From: a virus
Lineage: Duplodnaviria; Caudoviricetes
DNA length: 60,836 nucleotides
Direction: 5' to 3' (one strand)
Virus record (IMG/VR): IMGVR_UViG_3300020005_000005
Span: 1-60,836 of that record
Every line of letters begins with the position of its first letter. The first letter of the stretch is position 1. The notes under the pieces were generated by a model. The model was not told where the DNA came from. It saw only the letters and a program-made list of their open reading frames with translations, and searched no databases. A program made the position numbers and the translations under genes. Below are positions 16,949 through 26,678 of the stretch, in pieces.

Positions 16949-17720
16949 AGCAGTAGTTACCGATACACCCATCAACACCACTTTTGGCTATCTTTACGTG
17001 AAGTCGTTCAAATGGTCCTCCGCGCACGACAATGAAACTCATGTAGGTAATCCAAAAGCCGGCCGCGTCTATCGTGCAGCTTTCAACAAAGATACCAAAA
17101 CTCACCGCCTCTTCTATGATTTATCTAATCAAGTTACTGCTCTATTTCTGCCTCACCTTGTCGTGGCTGAAAAATCAGATGAAGATAATTTTTTCTCGGA
17201 ACTTAACTACACCGGAGAAATTATAGAGTTAAAGAAGAGCACGATCTTGGACTGCAATATATCGGAAGAAGATCTAGATGAACTCTGCAAATGGATCGAG
17301 GAAGATAACAGATCAATCAAACAACTCATGGGATTTGAACAACCGCAGTTTAAACCAGTAACCGGAGAAGAAATCGTCCGGGCCATCCAGCAGAACATTC
17401 TTCGCGATGAGGACTTCATTGTCTTCGTTCAGGAGGCGCGAACCCTCAAAGAAAACAACAGAGTATTATTTGACGCCGTCGGGGAGTTTATGTGGTTTGT
17501 GAATGAGAAGTCGTCCCACCCGGACGAGCCAATTGATGGCTCCTGGACGGAGTTTAGTAAGACACTCGGTGCCGGTAAAAACATCAGCAAGGCGTTGGAT
17601 CACATTTCTAAATACGGTGGTGAGAGCGTCCGCACTAATCTCATGCAGGAGGATCTGTTTGGCGCAATTCGGTCGCTGATGCTTGAGCAGGGCCGTAGAC
17701 AAATACACGGAATAGAATGA
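16941..17720 (+). CDS. Hypothetical protein; C-terminus weakly DUF3310-like
   Basis: GKNISKALDHISKYGG...EDLFGAIRSL echoes the GNAIKYLxRYG...EDLxKA pattern. Confidence 0.5.
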   Translation: MTKAVVTDTPINTTFGYLYVKSFKWSSAHDNETHVGNPKAGRVYRAAFNKDTKTHRLFYDLSNQVTALFLPHLVVAEKSDEDNFFSELNYTGEIIELKKSTILDCNISEEDLDELCKWIEEDNRSIKQLMGFEQPQFKPVTGEEIVRAIQQNILRDEDFIVFVQEARTLKENNRVLFDAVGEFMWFVNEKSSHPDEPIDGSWTEFSKTLGAGKNISKALDHISKYGGESVRTNLMQEDLFGAIRSLMLEQGRRQIHGIE

Positions 17721-17986
17721 ACATAGATGATAAGCTAAAATGGTTCACCGTAGTAGCCGACGGCATCATTAAAGACATGGACCTTAAAGGTAAACTACTC
17801 TTTATTGTGCATGTTGTTAACAATGAGAAGTGGCCATTCCGCGTGTTGATAGAATATAATAAAAAGAAATTTGCATTTCCGATGGAAGCAAAGGTTACGC
17901 TTAAACAGGCAGAGCGATTTATAGAGGAAAAAATAAAAGATGTCAAAAAAAACGAGAGCCCAAAGAGATCGATATTCGACTTATAA
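17717..17986 (+). CDS. Hypothetical protein
   Basis: ATGA overlap; 89 aa. Confidence 0.55.
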   Translation: MNIDDKLKWFTVVADGIIKDMDLKGKLLFIVHVVNNEKWPFRVLIEYNKKKFAFPMEAKVTLKQAERFIEEKIKDVKKNESPKRSIFDL

Positions 17987-18212
17987 GTCGGCTGCCCAGC
18001 AGGTCTTCCACGACAAGGACATGATCATCGCGCGTCCGGCCGAAATGGCTTATGACGAGTATAAGATCATGCAACGTATTCAAAATAGAGTCCTGCGGAT
18101 TATCTTTCGTAAGCCAGCGCCGCGTCGGCCAACTATTCCACAAAGACTTGGTTATAATTTACACCCACAATTAAATTTAAAAGATGGCAAAAAAGTCGAT
18201 CAGAAAGATTAA
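17940..18212 (+). CDS. Hypothetical basic protein
   Basis: 90-aa ORF in the operon. Confidence 0.5.
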   Translation: MSKKTRAQRDRYSTYKSAAQQVFHDKDMIIARPAEMAYDEYKIMQRIQNRVLRIIFRKPAPRRPTIPQRLGYNLHPQLNLKDGKKVDQKD

Positions 18213-19197
18213 GGCGGAGGAAATTGTAGCCAAATTTAAAGATACCAACAACACGGCGCTGGCTAAACTTTTAATCAAGGAGAATCCAGCGCTGTATGAT
18301 AACGTCGATCAGGCACGCACTTGCGTCCGCCAAGTAAGAGGTTCGGCTGGTAAATTTCTCCGTAAGTACGCCACGGACGTCAAGCAGATGCCTAATGGCT
18401 TAGTTTACAATCCGTACGAACTCCCCGCCGAAGAACACCATGAAAACAAGTACTATAGTATTAAACCGTCTAAGGACACCGTGGTCGGCCTATTGTCGGA
18501 TATTCACATACCTTATCAGCATAACCAAGCCCTCACCTGTGCGCTCGATCACTGCAAGAAGGAAAAACTCACTCATTTAATTCTCAATGGTGACATCATG
18601 GATTGTTACCAAATTTCCAACTTCGTCAAGGATCCTACCATGCGTTCCTTTAAGAACGAGATAGAGGCCGTCCGCTCCTTTCTAAAAACATTGACGGAGA
18701 AGTTTGAAGGAGTAAAGATACTTTATAAGGAAGGTAACCACGAGGCGCGTTACATGCGCTTCATGCGATCCAAGGCACCCGAACTTCTCGGCGTGGAGGC
18801 TTTTACGCTTCCCCGATTGCTCGGCCTCAAGGATCTTGACATCGATCACATTCCGGATAATAAGTTAATTCAACTGGGTCATTTAATGATCATTCATGGT
18901 CATGAATTCGGACAAGCCATTTTCTCACCTGTTAATCCTGCCCGCGGTTATTTCCTTCGCGCAAAGACCAACGTGATCGGTGGGCACAATCATCAGGTAT
19001 CGGTCCACTCCGAGAATAATCTAGAAGGTAAGCAGTTGGTTGCTTATTCCACCGGTCACCTTGCCGATCCACACCCAGAGTACAAGCCAATCAACAATTG
19101 GTCTCATGGTTTTGCCATCATCAAGCATACGGAGGAAGGTAAAGATATTAATTTTGTCATCAACAACTATAAAATAATCAATGGCAAAGTCTATTAG
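18184..19197 (+). CDS. Calcineurin-like metallophosphoesterase
   Basis: SDIHIP, NGDIMD, EGNHE, HGH and GHNH metal-binding motifs. Confidence 0.9.
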   Translation: MAKKSIRKIKAEEIVAKFKDTNNTALAKLLIKENPALYDNVDQARTCVRQVRGSAGKFLRKYATDVKQMPNGLVYNPYELPAEEHHENKYYSIKPSKDTVVGLLSDIHIPYQHNQALTCALDHCKKEKLTHLILNGDIMDCYQISNFVKDPTMRSFKNEIEAVRSFLKTLTEKFEGVKILYKEGNHEARYMRFMRSKAPELLGVEAFTLPRLLGLKDLDIDHIPDNKLIQLGHLMIIHGHEFGQAIFSPVNPARGYFLRAKTNVIGGHNHQVSVHSENNLEGKQLVAYSTGHLADPHPEYKPINNWSHGFAIIKHTEEGKDINFVINNYKIINGKVY

Positions 19198-19348
19198 GTA
19201 TTCGATCACAGAGGATCAATTAAAATTGATAAAGGAGATTGTAGCGGATGCGTTGCTTCTAGCTGACCGCACCAAGCGCAGAGAAGTAGAGGATCTATTG
19301 TTTGAATTGACTTATTTAAGGGGAAAAAAAGAATGTGCCTGCTCGTAA
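19181..19348 (+). CDS. Small hypothetical protein (55 aa, absent from the ORF track)
   Basis: MAKSIRYSITEDQLKLIKEIVADALL...; bridges the gap with overlaps at both ends. Confidence 0.5.
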   Translation: MAKSIRYSITEDQLKLIKEIVADALLLADRTKRREVEDLLFELTYLRGKKECACS

Positions 19349-20346
19349 GCGCAAGTGATGATCGTTCCGGCCGCAAGGAATCTCAATACGGCCCGACGCA
19401 ACTCAAGATGCAAAAGATCTTCGAGAATAATTCATCCTTTGGAATAAACAAGTTTCTGATGTTAACTTGGGACGACATTGCCCAGACTGAGTTTTATACA
19501 AACAACAAAGTACTGCTGGATAACGTGGACGCCAGTAAAAATGGAAGGGTGTACAAAGTTTATGCTATTGCTAGGGCACTGAGTAGTCTCCAGGACGGAG
19601 AGTACATGATCTACAGCGACTGCAGTCCGGAGATATGGAAAATGGATGAGGATTTTATAATACCGGACACCTATAGTCTAGATGTGATGAAAAGTCTGTG
19701 CCAGGCGGCGAATGATATATTGGCCGCTTTTGTTCGCTGGGACACACGTAAGATACCGGCCGCCTCTGATCTTTTGGGTATACATACGCACGAAAACTTT
19801 ACCACAGATAGGTGCATGAGAGTCATGGGCTTGGAGAGATACCGCCGGAGTTTCATGCCTGCCAGTGGAATGATCATGATCCGCAAGACGGCCAAGACGG
19901 AGGCCTTCGTGGATGAGTGGTTAAAATGGAACTGTAATCCAGAGGCGGCTTGTCTCGGAAAGCCTGAAATACCGGATGACTTTTCCTACTGGGACGGAAG
20001 TGAGGATGATCTAAAAATGGGTCACCGCCACGATCAGTCAATATTTGGGCTTCTGATGTGCCGCGATGGTTACCACTTGCTCTGGCCGCCAGGCCGCGCG
20101 GAGATGCCTAATCACAATCCTCTCCTTTACTGCATGAAGGATTTTACTTATAAATTCATGGATCCAAACATCAATCCGGATCACGAGCGCAGGATACGGA
20201 AGGGAGACAAGGTTATAAATGCCAAAGGAATAGAACTTCAAGTATTTGAAATTAGGCGCGATGACGACGTGGAGTGGCTGATAGTAGGAGTACACAGGGA
20301 GTCCTGCTATCGAACTCAAAAACATCTTGTAACTTTAAAGCGATAG
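19333..20346 (+). CDS. Putative GT-A fold glycosyltransferase
   Basis: KVYAIARALSSLQDGEYMIYSD, FVDEWLKW and HRHDQSIF motifs. Confidence 0.65.
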   Translation: MCLLVSASDDRSGRKESQYGPTQLKMQKIFENNSSFGINKFLMLTWDDIAQTEFYTNNKVLLDNVDASKNGRVYKVYAIARALSSLQDGEYMIYSDCSPEIWKMDEDFIIPDTYSLDVMKSLCQAANDILAAFVRWDTRKIPAASDLLGIHTHENFTTDRCMRVMGLERYRRSFMPASGMIMIRKTAKTEAFVDEWLKWNCNPEAACLGKPEIPDDFSYWDGSEDDLKMGHRHDQSIFGLLMCRDGYHLLWPPGRAEMPNHNPLLYCMKDFTYKFMDPNINPDHERRIRKGDKVINAKGIELQVFEIRRDDDVEWLIVGVHRESCYRTQKHLVTLKR

Positions 20347-20347
20347 T

Positions 20348-22021
20348 ATGGCTATAACGATGACTTCGTTCGGATCTAACGGACGTCTAGGAAATCAACT
20401 TTTTCAGTACGCCTCCATGATAGGTCTAGCCAAGAAGCACAAAACCGAACTCGTTTTACCAGAATGGAAATATGCACAATACTTCGAAGGAACTTTTCCC
20501 AGCGGTGGAGTTCTTGAAAATGCAAGAGCAGTCCGAGAGCCCGTCTTCAATTACATTCCAGACTGGCCCTATATTGCTGAGAACGATCAGGTCGACATTA
20601 AAGGTTATCTCCAATCAGAGAAATACTGGGAAGATGCGATAGAAGAAGTCAGAACGGCGCTAACGTTCAAGAAAGAATTTAAGGAACAGGTATGGAACAA
20701 CTTCATGATCAATTATGTTGATGAAGATTTTAAGGCCAATCCTAAGAAGACATTAGCTATAAGTGTTCGTCGTGGTGATTACGTTGGAAATCCGCATTAC
20801 GCACAACTTTTGGTCACCTATTATATCCGCGCTATGTTTGATAATTTTCCAGACTGGCGCGATAGAAATATCATCCTGTTCAGTGACGACATACCTTGGT
20901 GTCGCGTGCACTTCGATTGTCTTCCTAATACCTACTTTAGCGAAAATAACAGTGACATAGAGGATCTTTGTTTGATGTCTCAGTGTGATGACTTTATAAT
21001 TTCTAACAGCACTTTCGGGTGGTGGGGTGCTTATCTTGGGCAGCAACCAATAGTCGTAGATATCGCACAAATACCGGAGGGCAGTACTATAGAAGGATTT
21101 ATAGCTTTAGCAATTTTTAATTGCACAACTACAAAAGTAATTCGTCCAGTTCATCACTTCGCAGGCAAACTTCTCAAGCAAAACAATATTAAAGATTTCT
21201 ATCCTGCACGCTGGATTGCCTACGACCACAAAGATGAGATTGGTCAGAACAAGAGGCTGGATCTTAAAGACTGTTGTTTCACTATACCGGTCAGGGCTGA
21301 CCACGAAGACCGCGTAGAAAACCTGAAATTAATAATCAGATATTTGCTTGAGAACTTGGACACAGACATCATGGTCCAGGAGCAAGGAGGAACTACATTC
21401 AACTTTGTCGGCGATGATTGGCGAGTTAAGTATTTGACGTTTGGTGGGCACGACTTCCACAGGACGCGGATGCTAAATTACATGGCTGCGCACACAAACA
21501 AGCCTTATATTTTCAATTGGGACGCGGATGTTTTAATTACACCGCTTCAACTTTGGCTGACGGCCGAGAAGTTACGGGCCGGCGCAGACATGGTGTATCC
21601 TTATGATGGGCAGTTCGCCAGGGCGCCAAGAAACACTTGGTTTGTTAAACTCAGGGACCACGACGGAGATGTGGGCATCTTTGGAGACACCAAGTTGAAC
21701 GGTATGAACAGGGGTGATGCTGTGAGCCTGGGTGGTGCTGTGGCTTGGAACAAGAAGAAGTTTTTTGAACTGGGCGGAGAAAATGAGCAGTTTGTAGCCT
21801 ATTGTCCTGAGGATATGGAGCGTTATGAGAGGGCGGTCAAGTTGGGAGCCATAATAGACCGTGTGCCTGGTCCAATGTACCACATTAATCATTTTGTTGG
21901 TCCAACAAGCAATATGTCCAATCCTCACTATCCGGCCGGTAAAAGGGAATTGGAGCGCATTCGGGCGCTGCCGGCAGACATATTATATACAGAAGTTAAA
22001 ACTTGGCCGAAAGGACTATAA
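20348..22021 (+). CDS. GT11 alpha-1,2-fucosyltransferase-like domain fused to a GT2/GT7-like domain
   Basis: GRLGNQLFQYA, SVRRGDY, FSDD, NSTFGWWGAYL; then FTIPV, NWDADV, GGENEQF..YCPED. Confidence 0.85.
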   Translation: MAITMTSFGSNGRLGNQLFQYASMIGLAKKHKTELVLPEWKYAQYFEGTFPSGGVLENARAVREPVFNYIPDWPYIAENDQVDIKGYLQSEKYWEDAIEEVRTALTFKKEFKEQVWNNFMINYVDEDFKANPKKTLAISVRRGDYVGNPHYAQLLVTYYIRAMFDNFPDWRDRNIILFSDDIPWCRVHFDCLPNTYFSENNSDIEDLCLMSQCDDFIISNSTFGWWGAYLGQQPIVVDIAQIPEGSTIEGFIALAIFNCTTTKVIRPVHHFAGKLLKQNNIKDFYPARWIAYDHKDEIGQNKRLDLKDCCFTIPVRADHEDRVENLKLIIRYLLENLDTDIMVQEQGGTTFNFVGDDWRVKYLTFGGHDFHRTRMLNYMAAHTNKPYIFNWDADVLITPLQLWLTAEKLRAGADMVYPYDGQFARAPRNTWFVKLRDHDGDVGIFGDTKLNGMNRGDAVSLGGAVAWNKKKFFELGGENEQFVAYCPEDMERYERAVKLGAIIDRVPGPMYHINHFVGPTSNMSNPHYPAGKRELERIRALPADILYTEVKTWPKGL

Positions 22022-22039
22022 GTTCCAAGTGGAACATTC

Positions 22040-22054
22040 TGGCACGATTTTTGT
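22040..22054 (+). promoter_or_regulatory. Sigma54-type -24/-12 motif
   Basis: TGGCACGATTTTTGT, intergenic. Confidence 0.75.
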
Positions 22055-22124
22055 GCTATAATTGGTTTCTAAACCATGGGTAAGGCTAAAACGCCCTATC
22101 TGTTAAAAACCAAAACCCAATTAA

Positions 22125-22406
22125 ATGGCACAACCTACCACGTTATCTCTCAGGGCCTGCAAAATTGTATCGCCCGACCAAAAAATCGTTTTCGACGGCG
22201 GTCCTACTACGTCGGGCACAACTAAAGATGTCTGCGTAGTTCTTGCAGGCGGAACAGCCTTTCTAACCGCAGTTCCGGCACGTACAGGATCTACCTCCAC
22301 GAATGACACGCTGATTGTCACCTCTCTTGGCTATCAAATCACGATCATTCAAGAGTACGCAGATGTGTTGACCGCACTCTCTGCAACTGACATAACGGCT
22401 TCCTAA
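22125..22406 (+). CDS. Small Thr/Ser-rich protein with its own promoter motif and terminator
   Basis: 93 aa with 17 Thr and 8 Ser. Confidence 0.7.
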   Translation: MAQPTTLSLRACKIVSPDQKIVFDGGPTTSGTTKDVCVVLAGGTAFLTAVPARTGSTSTNDTLIVTSLGYQITIIQEYADVLTALSATDITAS

Positions 22407-22425
22407 TCAGACAGTTATGACTAAT

Positions 22426-22461
22426 AGAAGCCCCCTACTTATGTAGCTGGGGCTTCTTTTG
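22426..22461 (+). terminator. Intrinsic terminator
   Basis: AGAAGCCCC...GGGGCTTCT followed by a T tract. Confidence 0.75.
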
Positions 22462-22494
22462 TTGATGTTCACAAAACCTGAACAACCCTTTAAA

Positions 22495-23385
22495 ATGAAC
22501 AAAAAACTTATTTATACGGTCCTCCTCGGAGGATACGACGACCTAAAAGAGCCCCGGGAAGTGACGCCGGGATGGGACTACGTAGTTTTTACGGACAATA
22601 GAGAACTCAAGTCTGATAACTGGTTTGTTTCGTGGGGCGGTTATTATAATACTTGTCCAGAAACTGATATTAAGAAGCAGTCCAGATGGTTTAAATTGAA
22701 GCCATTGGGGGGATACGATACAACCCTGTATGTGGACGCCTCTTACCGTCCACTGGGCAACCTCGATGAATTCATAGAGGGCAAAACAGAGGGCGTCTGG
22801 ATGACGCGACATCCGCAAAGAAATTGTGTGTATAGGGAAGCCCAGACAGTCCGCGAAAAGGGTCTAGACAACGAAAATACAGTACTTGAGCAAGTAGGTC
22901 GCTATAGAGACGAGGGCCTACCCGACAGAGGAGGGCTATGGAGAGGGGGAGTAATCGTTCGAAATAAGGGCTGCGAGGCTTTTAATGAAAAATGGTGGGA
23001 GGAAGTTTCACGGGGAACATATAGGGACCAGATTTCGGCACCCTACGCCGCCCGGGCGACCGGCACCAAGATACACGACATTCCGCACGGCCAGGTGGAA
23101 CAGTACTTTGCGCCCAGTCTCCACAAACCACACAAAGTGGGAGGGGGAGTAGTAAGGGTGTCAGATCCCGCGGAGATTTCTACATACAAAGACTGCTGGA
23201 TCTGCCTGGGAGACTTCCCGAAAGCAGAACAGGCCATAGAGGAATTTCCAGAAGTGCATCTAATAACCAATCAAAGTGGCGCTCTTTTGTTTCCCAGGTG
23301 GTTGTACAATTACTTGCAGTTTCCTGAACAGATGATCAAACATGTCCAGATTTATGGTGGTTCATATGTATTATACTTCAAATGA
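22495..23385 (+). CDS. Glycosyltransferase, DUF616 (TOD1/MUCI70)-like
   Basis: IYTVLLGGYDDLKEP, YVVFTDN, LYVDAS, HPQRNCVYREA, RDQISAPY. Confidence 0.8.
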   Translation: MNKKLIYTVLLGGYDDLKEPREVTPGWDYVVFTDNRELKSDNWFVSWGGYYNTCPETDIKKQSRWFKLKPLGGYDTTLYVDASYRPLGNLDEFIEGKTEGVWMTRHPQRNCVYREAQTVREKGLDNENTVLEQVGRYRDEGLPDRGGLWRGGVIVRNKGCEAFNEKWWEEVSRGTYRDQISAPYAARATGTKIHDIPHGQVEQYFAPSLHKPHKVGGGVVRVSDPAEISTYKDCWICLGDFPKAEQAIEEFPEVHLITNQSGALLFPRWLYNYLQFPEQMIKHVQIYGGSYVLYFK

Positions 23386-23684
23386 CCTTTAAAAATCTCT
23401 CCGATTTAGAACTTGAGTTAATCGTCTGGGCAGACGTCATAGAGTACGACGAGACGTGGGCCAGTCTGGACGAGATACAGGAGTGGCTCAAAGACGGAGC
23501 ACACTTCATAGTAGAGCAGCCCGGATACGTAATTGCTGAAGATAACGATTGTATAGTTCTGGTTTCCTGCTTCGTAGAATCTGCCGAAGTATTTAGTAAT
23601 GTTCACAAAATACCTAAAGGTCTGATTAAAAGGAGAGCAAAGCTAATTGAGCATGATCAAAGTCCCGGCCTTCATCCAGAGTGA
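23382..23684 (+). CDS. Hypothetical phage protein
   Basis: IVWAD...GYVIAED...IPKGLI pattern. Confidence 0.6.
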   Translation: MTFKNLSDLELELIVWADVIEYDETWASLDEIQEWLKDGAHFIVEQPGYVIAEDNDCIVLVSCFVESAEVFSNVHKIPKGLIKRRAKLIEHDQSPGLHPE

Positions 23685-24162
23685 TAGTTCTCGTTGTGGA
23701 CCTACCGTCATCAAAAGTATTCTGGCCTACTACGACATAGAGGCTTCGGAGGATGAGATTTGCCGATTATGCGGTCACACTTTTGAATATGGTTGCGATG
23801 ACGCTGGCATGAAGGCTGCTCTGGAGCATTACGGACTCCGCGTGGCTATCTACAACAACTCCAACTTCCAGCAAATAGCCTACTGGATCAAGAGAGAAAT
23901 ACCGGTGATTGTCGATTGGTTCACCGGCGGAGTTCAGCCAGGTCCGGCCGATCTACCTAACGGGCACTCAAGCATTGTGGTAGGACTCGACGAGGACAAG
24001 ATACATTTGCTAGATCCTGAAGATGGGAATATCAGACATGTTGTGCGAGAAGATTTTCTCCGTTGTTGGTTTGATTTTAAAGGTCTTGACGCGCCTTGCA
24101 TAGATTCTTGGGATCAGTTGATATTACGTCAAATCATTGTTCCGTACAAGGTTAATTTTTAA
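23653..24162 (+). CDS. C39-family cysteine peptidase
   Basis: QSDSSRCGP (Gln/Cys), GHSSIVVG (His), LLDP (Asp). Confidence 0.85.
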   Translation: MIKVPAFIQSDSSRCGPTVIKSILAYYDIEASEDEICRLCGHTFEYGCDDAGMKAALEHYGLRVAIYNNSNFQQIAYWIKREIPVIVDWFTGGVQPGPADLPNGHSSIVVGLDEDKIHLLDPEDGNIRHVVREDFLRCWFDFKGLDAPCIDSWDQLILRQIIVPYKVNF

Positions 24163-24166
24163 AAAT

Positions 24167-24781
24167 ATGAATATAGGTATTTATGTTATAACATCTCCCG
24201 TTAATAAACTATATATAGGTCAGAGTTGGAATATTTCTCGCAGAGAGGAAATTTATCAAAATAATCAATGTAAACATCAACCAAAAATATTAGCTTCTCT
24301 AAATAAGTATGGTTGGCCGGCCCACAAATTTGAAGTAGTCCTCTACCTAGAAGAAAAAACCAACCAAGCAATTATGGACTATTGGGAGCAGTTCTTCATG
24401 GACTTCTACAGGGCGCAAGATTATGAATTGTTGAATATTAAAGAGGGGGGAAGGGGAGGCAGACACTCCGAGGATACCAAATTTAAAATAGGGCAAGCGG
24501 GCAAGGGTAGAAAACATTCAGAAGAGGTCAAACAAAAAATAAAAGAATCGGTAAAAAAATCTTGGGAATCTGAAACAAATAGAAGTAGAAATAAACCGTC
24601 AGACAACCCAAATGCGATACCTATATTACAATTTACTAAGTCGGGTGAATTTGTTAAAGAATGGCCCAGTATTGGAGCCGCGGGTAAAGTATATAATAAC
24701 GCCAGAAGTTATATAAGTATTTGTTGTAAAACAGGTAAGGGGATCTCTGCCGGCTTTAAATGGGAATATAAGAATGTCTAA
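24167..24781 (+). mobile_element. Free-standing GIY-YIG homing endonuclease
   Basis: GIYVITSP..KLYIGQS; HSEDTKFKIG and HSEEVKQKI NUMOD3; ISAGFKWEY. Confidence 0.85.
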
Positions 24782-26675
24782 GGAAGAAGATCGTCCTGGA
24801 ATAATTCCTTTAAATGAGTATAAAGAAGATCTCGAACTTGAGGTACAGTACCACGTCGCTCGAATAATGGCAGGGAATCCATTTAAAGTAAACAAGAAAT
24901 ATAAACGTATCGAAATACCCGACTTCAAACCAAATGAAACACGAGAGCGCTTGGACTGGGAAATGTCTCAAGTGGACAAGTGTATTCATGGTTTTGATGG
25001 ACTCCCCGGCAGATACTACTTCTTTCTAAACTTCTGCAAAATAAAACACAAGAAGCGTGGTAAAATTTCTCCCGATTTCAGAGCATGGCAATTAAATTTT
25101 GCCAATGTGAAAGAAAAGATTTCAAAAACACCCGGCAGAGGATTGGTATCTATTAAACGTCGTCAGGTTGGTGCTTCTTGGGATTTCTCAGCAGATAATA
25201 TTTATGACTGCACTTTCAATAAGCATTTTGATATAGGGATGAATTCAAAGGGGGAAGTAGACTCCAGATCCTTATTTATCAAACATAAATATATTCATCG
25301 CAATCTGCCGCCGTTTCTGCGGGCAAGCATTTCCATAGATCGCCGCGACGCGATGATCTTTGGTAAATGGGATAAAAAAATACAAAAGTGGAAAGGCAAT
25401 GAGTCATCTATTATTTCGGTAGCACCTACGCTTACATCTCACGCTGGAAATCAATATCGAAAATTAGTAATAGACGAGGCTGGTGAAATTGATAATTTAA
25501 TGGGTATTTGGTCAAATTGCGAGGATTGTATTATCCAAGACTCTGAGCGCGTGGGCATACCATACATATTTGGGACCATGGGCGACACAGCTAAAAACGG
25601 AAAAGGTCTGATGGAGTTTTATCTAAAGAACGAACTTTACGGGCTTGATCGCTTTCCTATTTTTGGATATAATGGTTTGCTTGTAGACGATTTAGGCAAT
25701 GATATGATCGAGGATGCGGTGCGCTACATTCTATATGAGAGAAGGAGGAAGGAGGGTGGTTCTGATATCGTCTACAGAAAATACTTACAAAAATTTCCAC
25801 TCACCGAACAGGACGCGTTCATAACCATTAGTGGTTCCGGGGTTGGTAATCCTCAACTAATACAGAAGCGCTATACGCAGTTAATGGAAAATCCAGTCCA
25901 GCAAGTCAAGGGATGGATGAGACCTAAAGTTGGAGGGGGATCTGATTTTGTTCCAGATCCATTAGGTAAGATTATTGTGTATGAAAGACCATTGCAAGTA
26001 ACTAATGGCTACGTGGCATCAACAGATCCGGCTGAGGATGATGATGTTCTTAAAAATCGCGATACCTCCAATTTATCAACAGCAATAGTTGCGCGTCCTT
26101 TAGGGTTACAACCGCCGCGGTTAGTACTTGAATATACAGATAGACCAAATAAACTTGCGGATTATTATCAGCAAGTAGCCCTTGCTTTAGAGTGGTACAA
26201 TCATACGCAAGTACTAATCGAAATGAATAAAGGCGGCTGGAGAATGAATGATTGGTTTGAGTTGTACTTCCCTAAATTAATATGTTGGTCGCCAAAGTCA
26301 GGTAATTCTGTTCGCGGCGGCTTTGCAATGACGAAGGGTATTAAGATGAGTCCCGATAGAAAGATGCAAATGATGGGGTTGCTTGATTCTAATGTAGAAA
26401 ACTACTGGGAATCATTGCCGTCACTTAGGTTACTAGACGAATTTAAAGTATTTGGGGCCGATCACGCGGATGATGATCTCGCGGCTGCGTATGGGTGGTG
26501 TCTTGTTCAATTACAAAGTGATAAACGTGTAGCGCAGGCACTCAATGCAGATGAAGCCAACAAACCAAAAGCCTTTTATAAAAAGGAAGGGCTCACCATA
26601 AAATTATATTCTGATATTAACAAGCCGGTAGGTCCGGTGATACGTCGTACTAGAAATCCACTTTTCAACAGATAA
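24774..26675 (+). CDS. terL: Terminase large subunit
   Basis: Walker A-like KRRQVGAS, Walker B LVIDEAG, nuclease motif ASTDP, IEMN; lies before the portal. Confidence 0.9.
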   Translation: MSKEEDRPGIIPLNEYKEDLELEVQYHVARIMAGNPFKVNKKYKRIEIPDFKPNETRERLDWEMSQVDKCIHGFDGLPGRYYFFLNFCKIKHKKRGKISPDFRAWQLNFANVKEKISKTPGRGLVSIKRRQVGASWDFSADNIYDCTFNKHFDIGMNSKGEVDSRSLFIKHKYIHRNLPPFLRASISIDRRDAMIFGKWDKKIQKWKGNESSIISVAPTLTSHAGNQYRKLVIDEAGEIDNLMGIWSNCEDCIIQDSERVGIPYIFGTMGDTAKNGKGLMEFYLKNELYGLDRFPIFGYNGLLVDDLGNDMIEDAVRYILYERRRKEGGSDIVYRKYLQKFPLTEQDAFITISGSGVGNPQLIQKRYTQLMENPVQQVKGWMRPKVGGGSDFVPDPLGKIIVYERPLQVTNGYVASTDPAEDDDVLKNRDTSNLSTAIVARPLGLQPPRLVLEYTDRPNKLADYYQQVALALEWYNHTQVLIEMNKGGWRMNDWFELYFPKLICWSPKSGNSVRGGFAMTKGIKMSPDRKMQMMGLLDSNVENYWESLPSLRLLDEFKVFGADHADDDLAAAYGWCLVQLQSDKRVAQALNADEANKPKAFYKKEGLTIKLYSDINKPVGPVIRRTRNPLFNR

Positions 26676-26678
26676 ATT

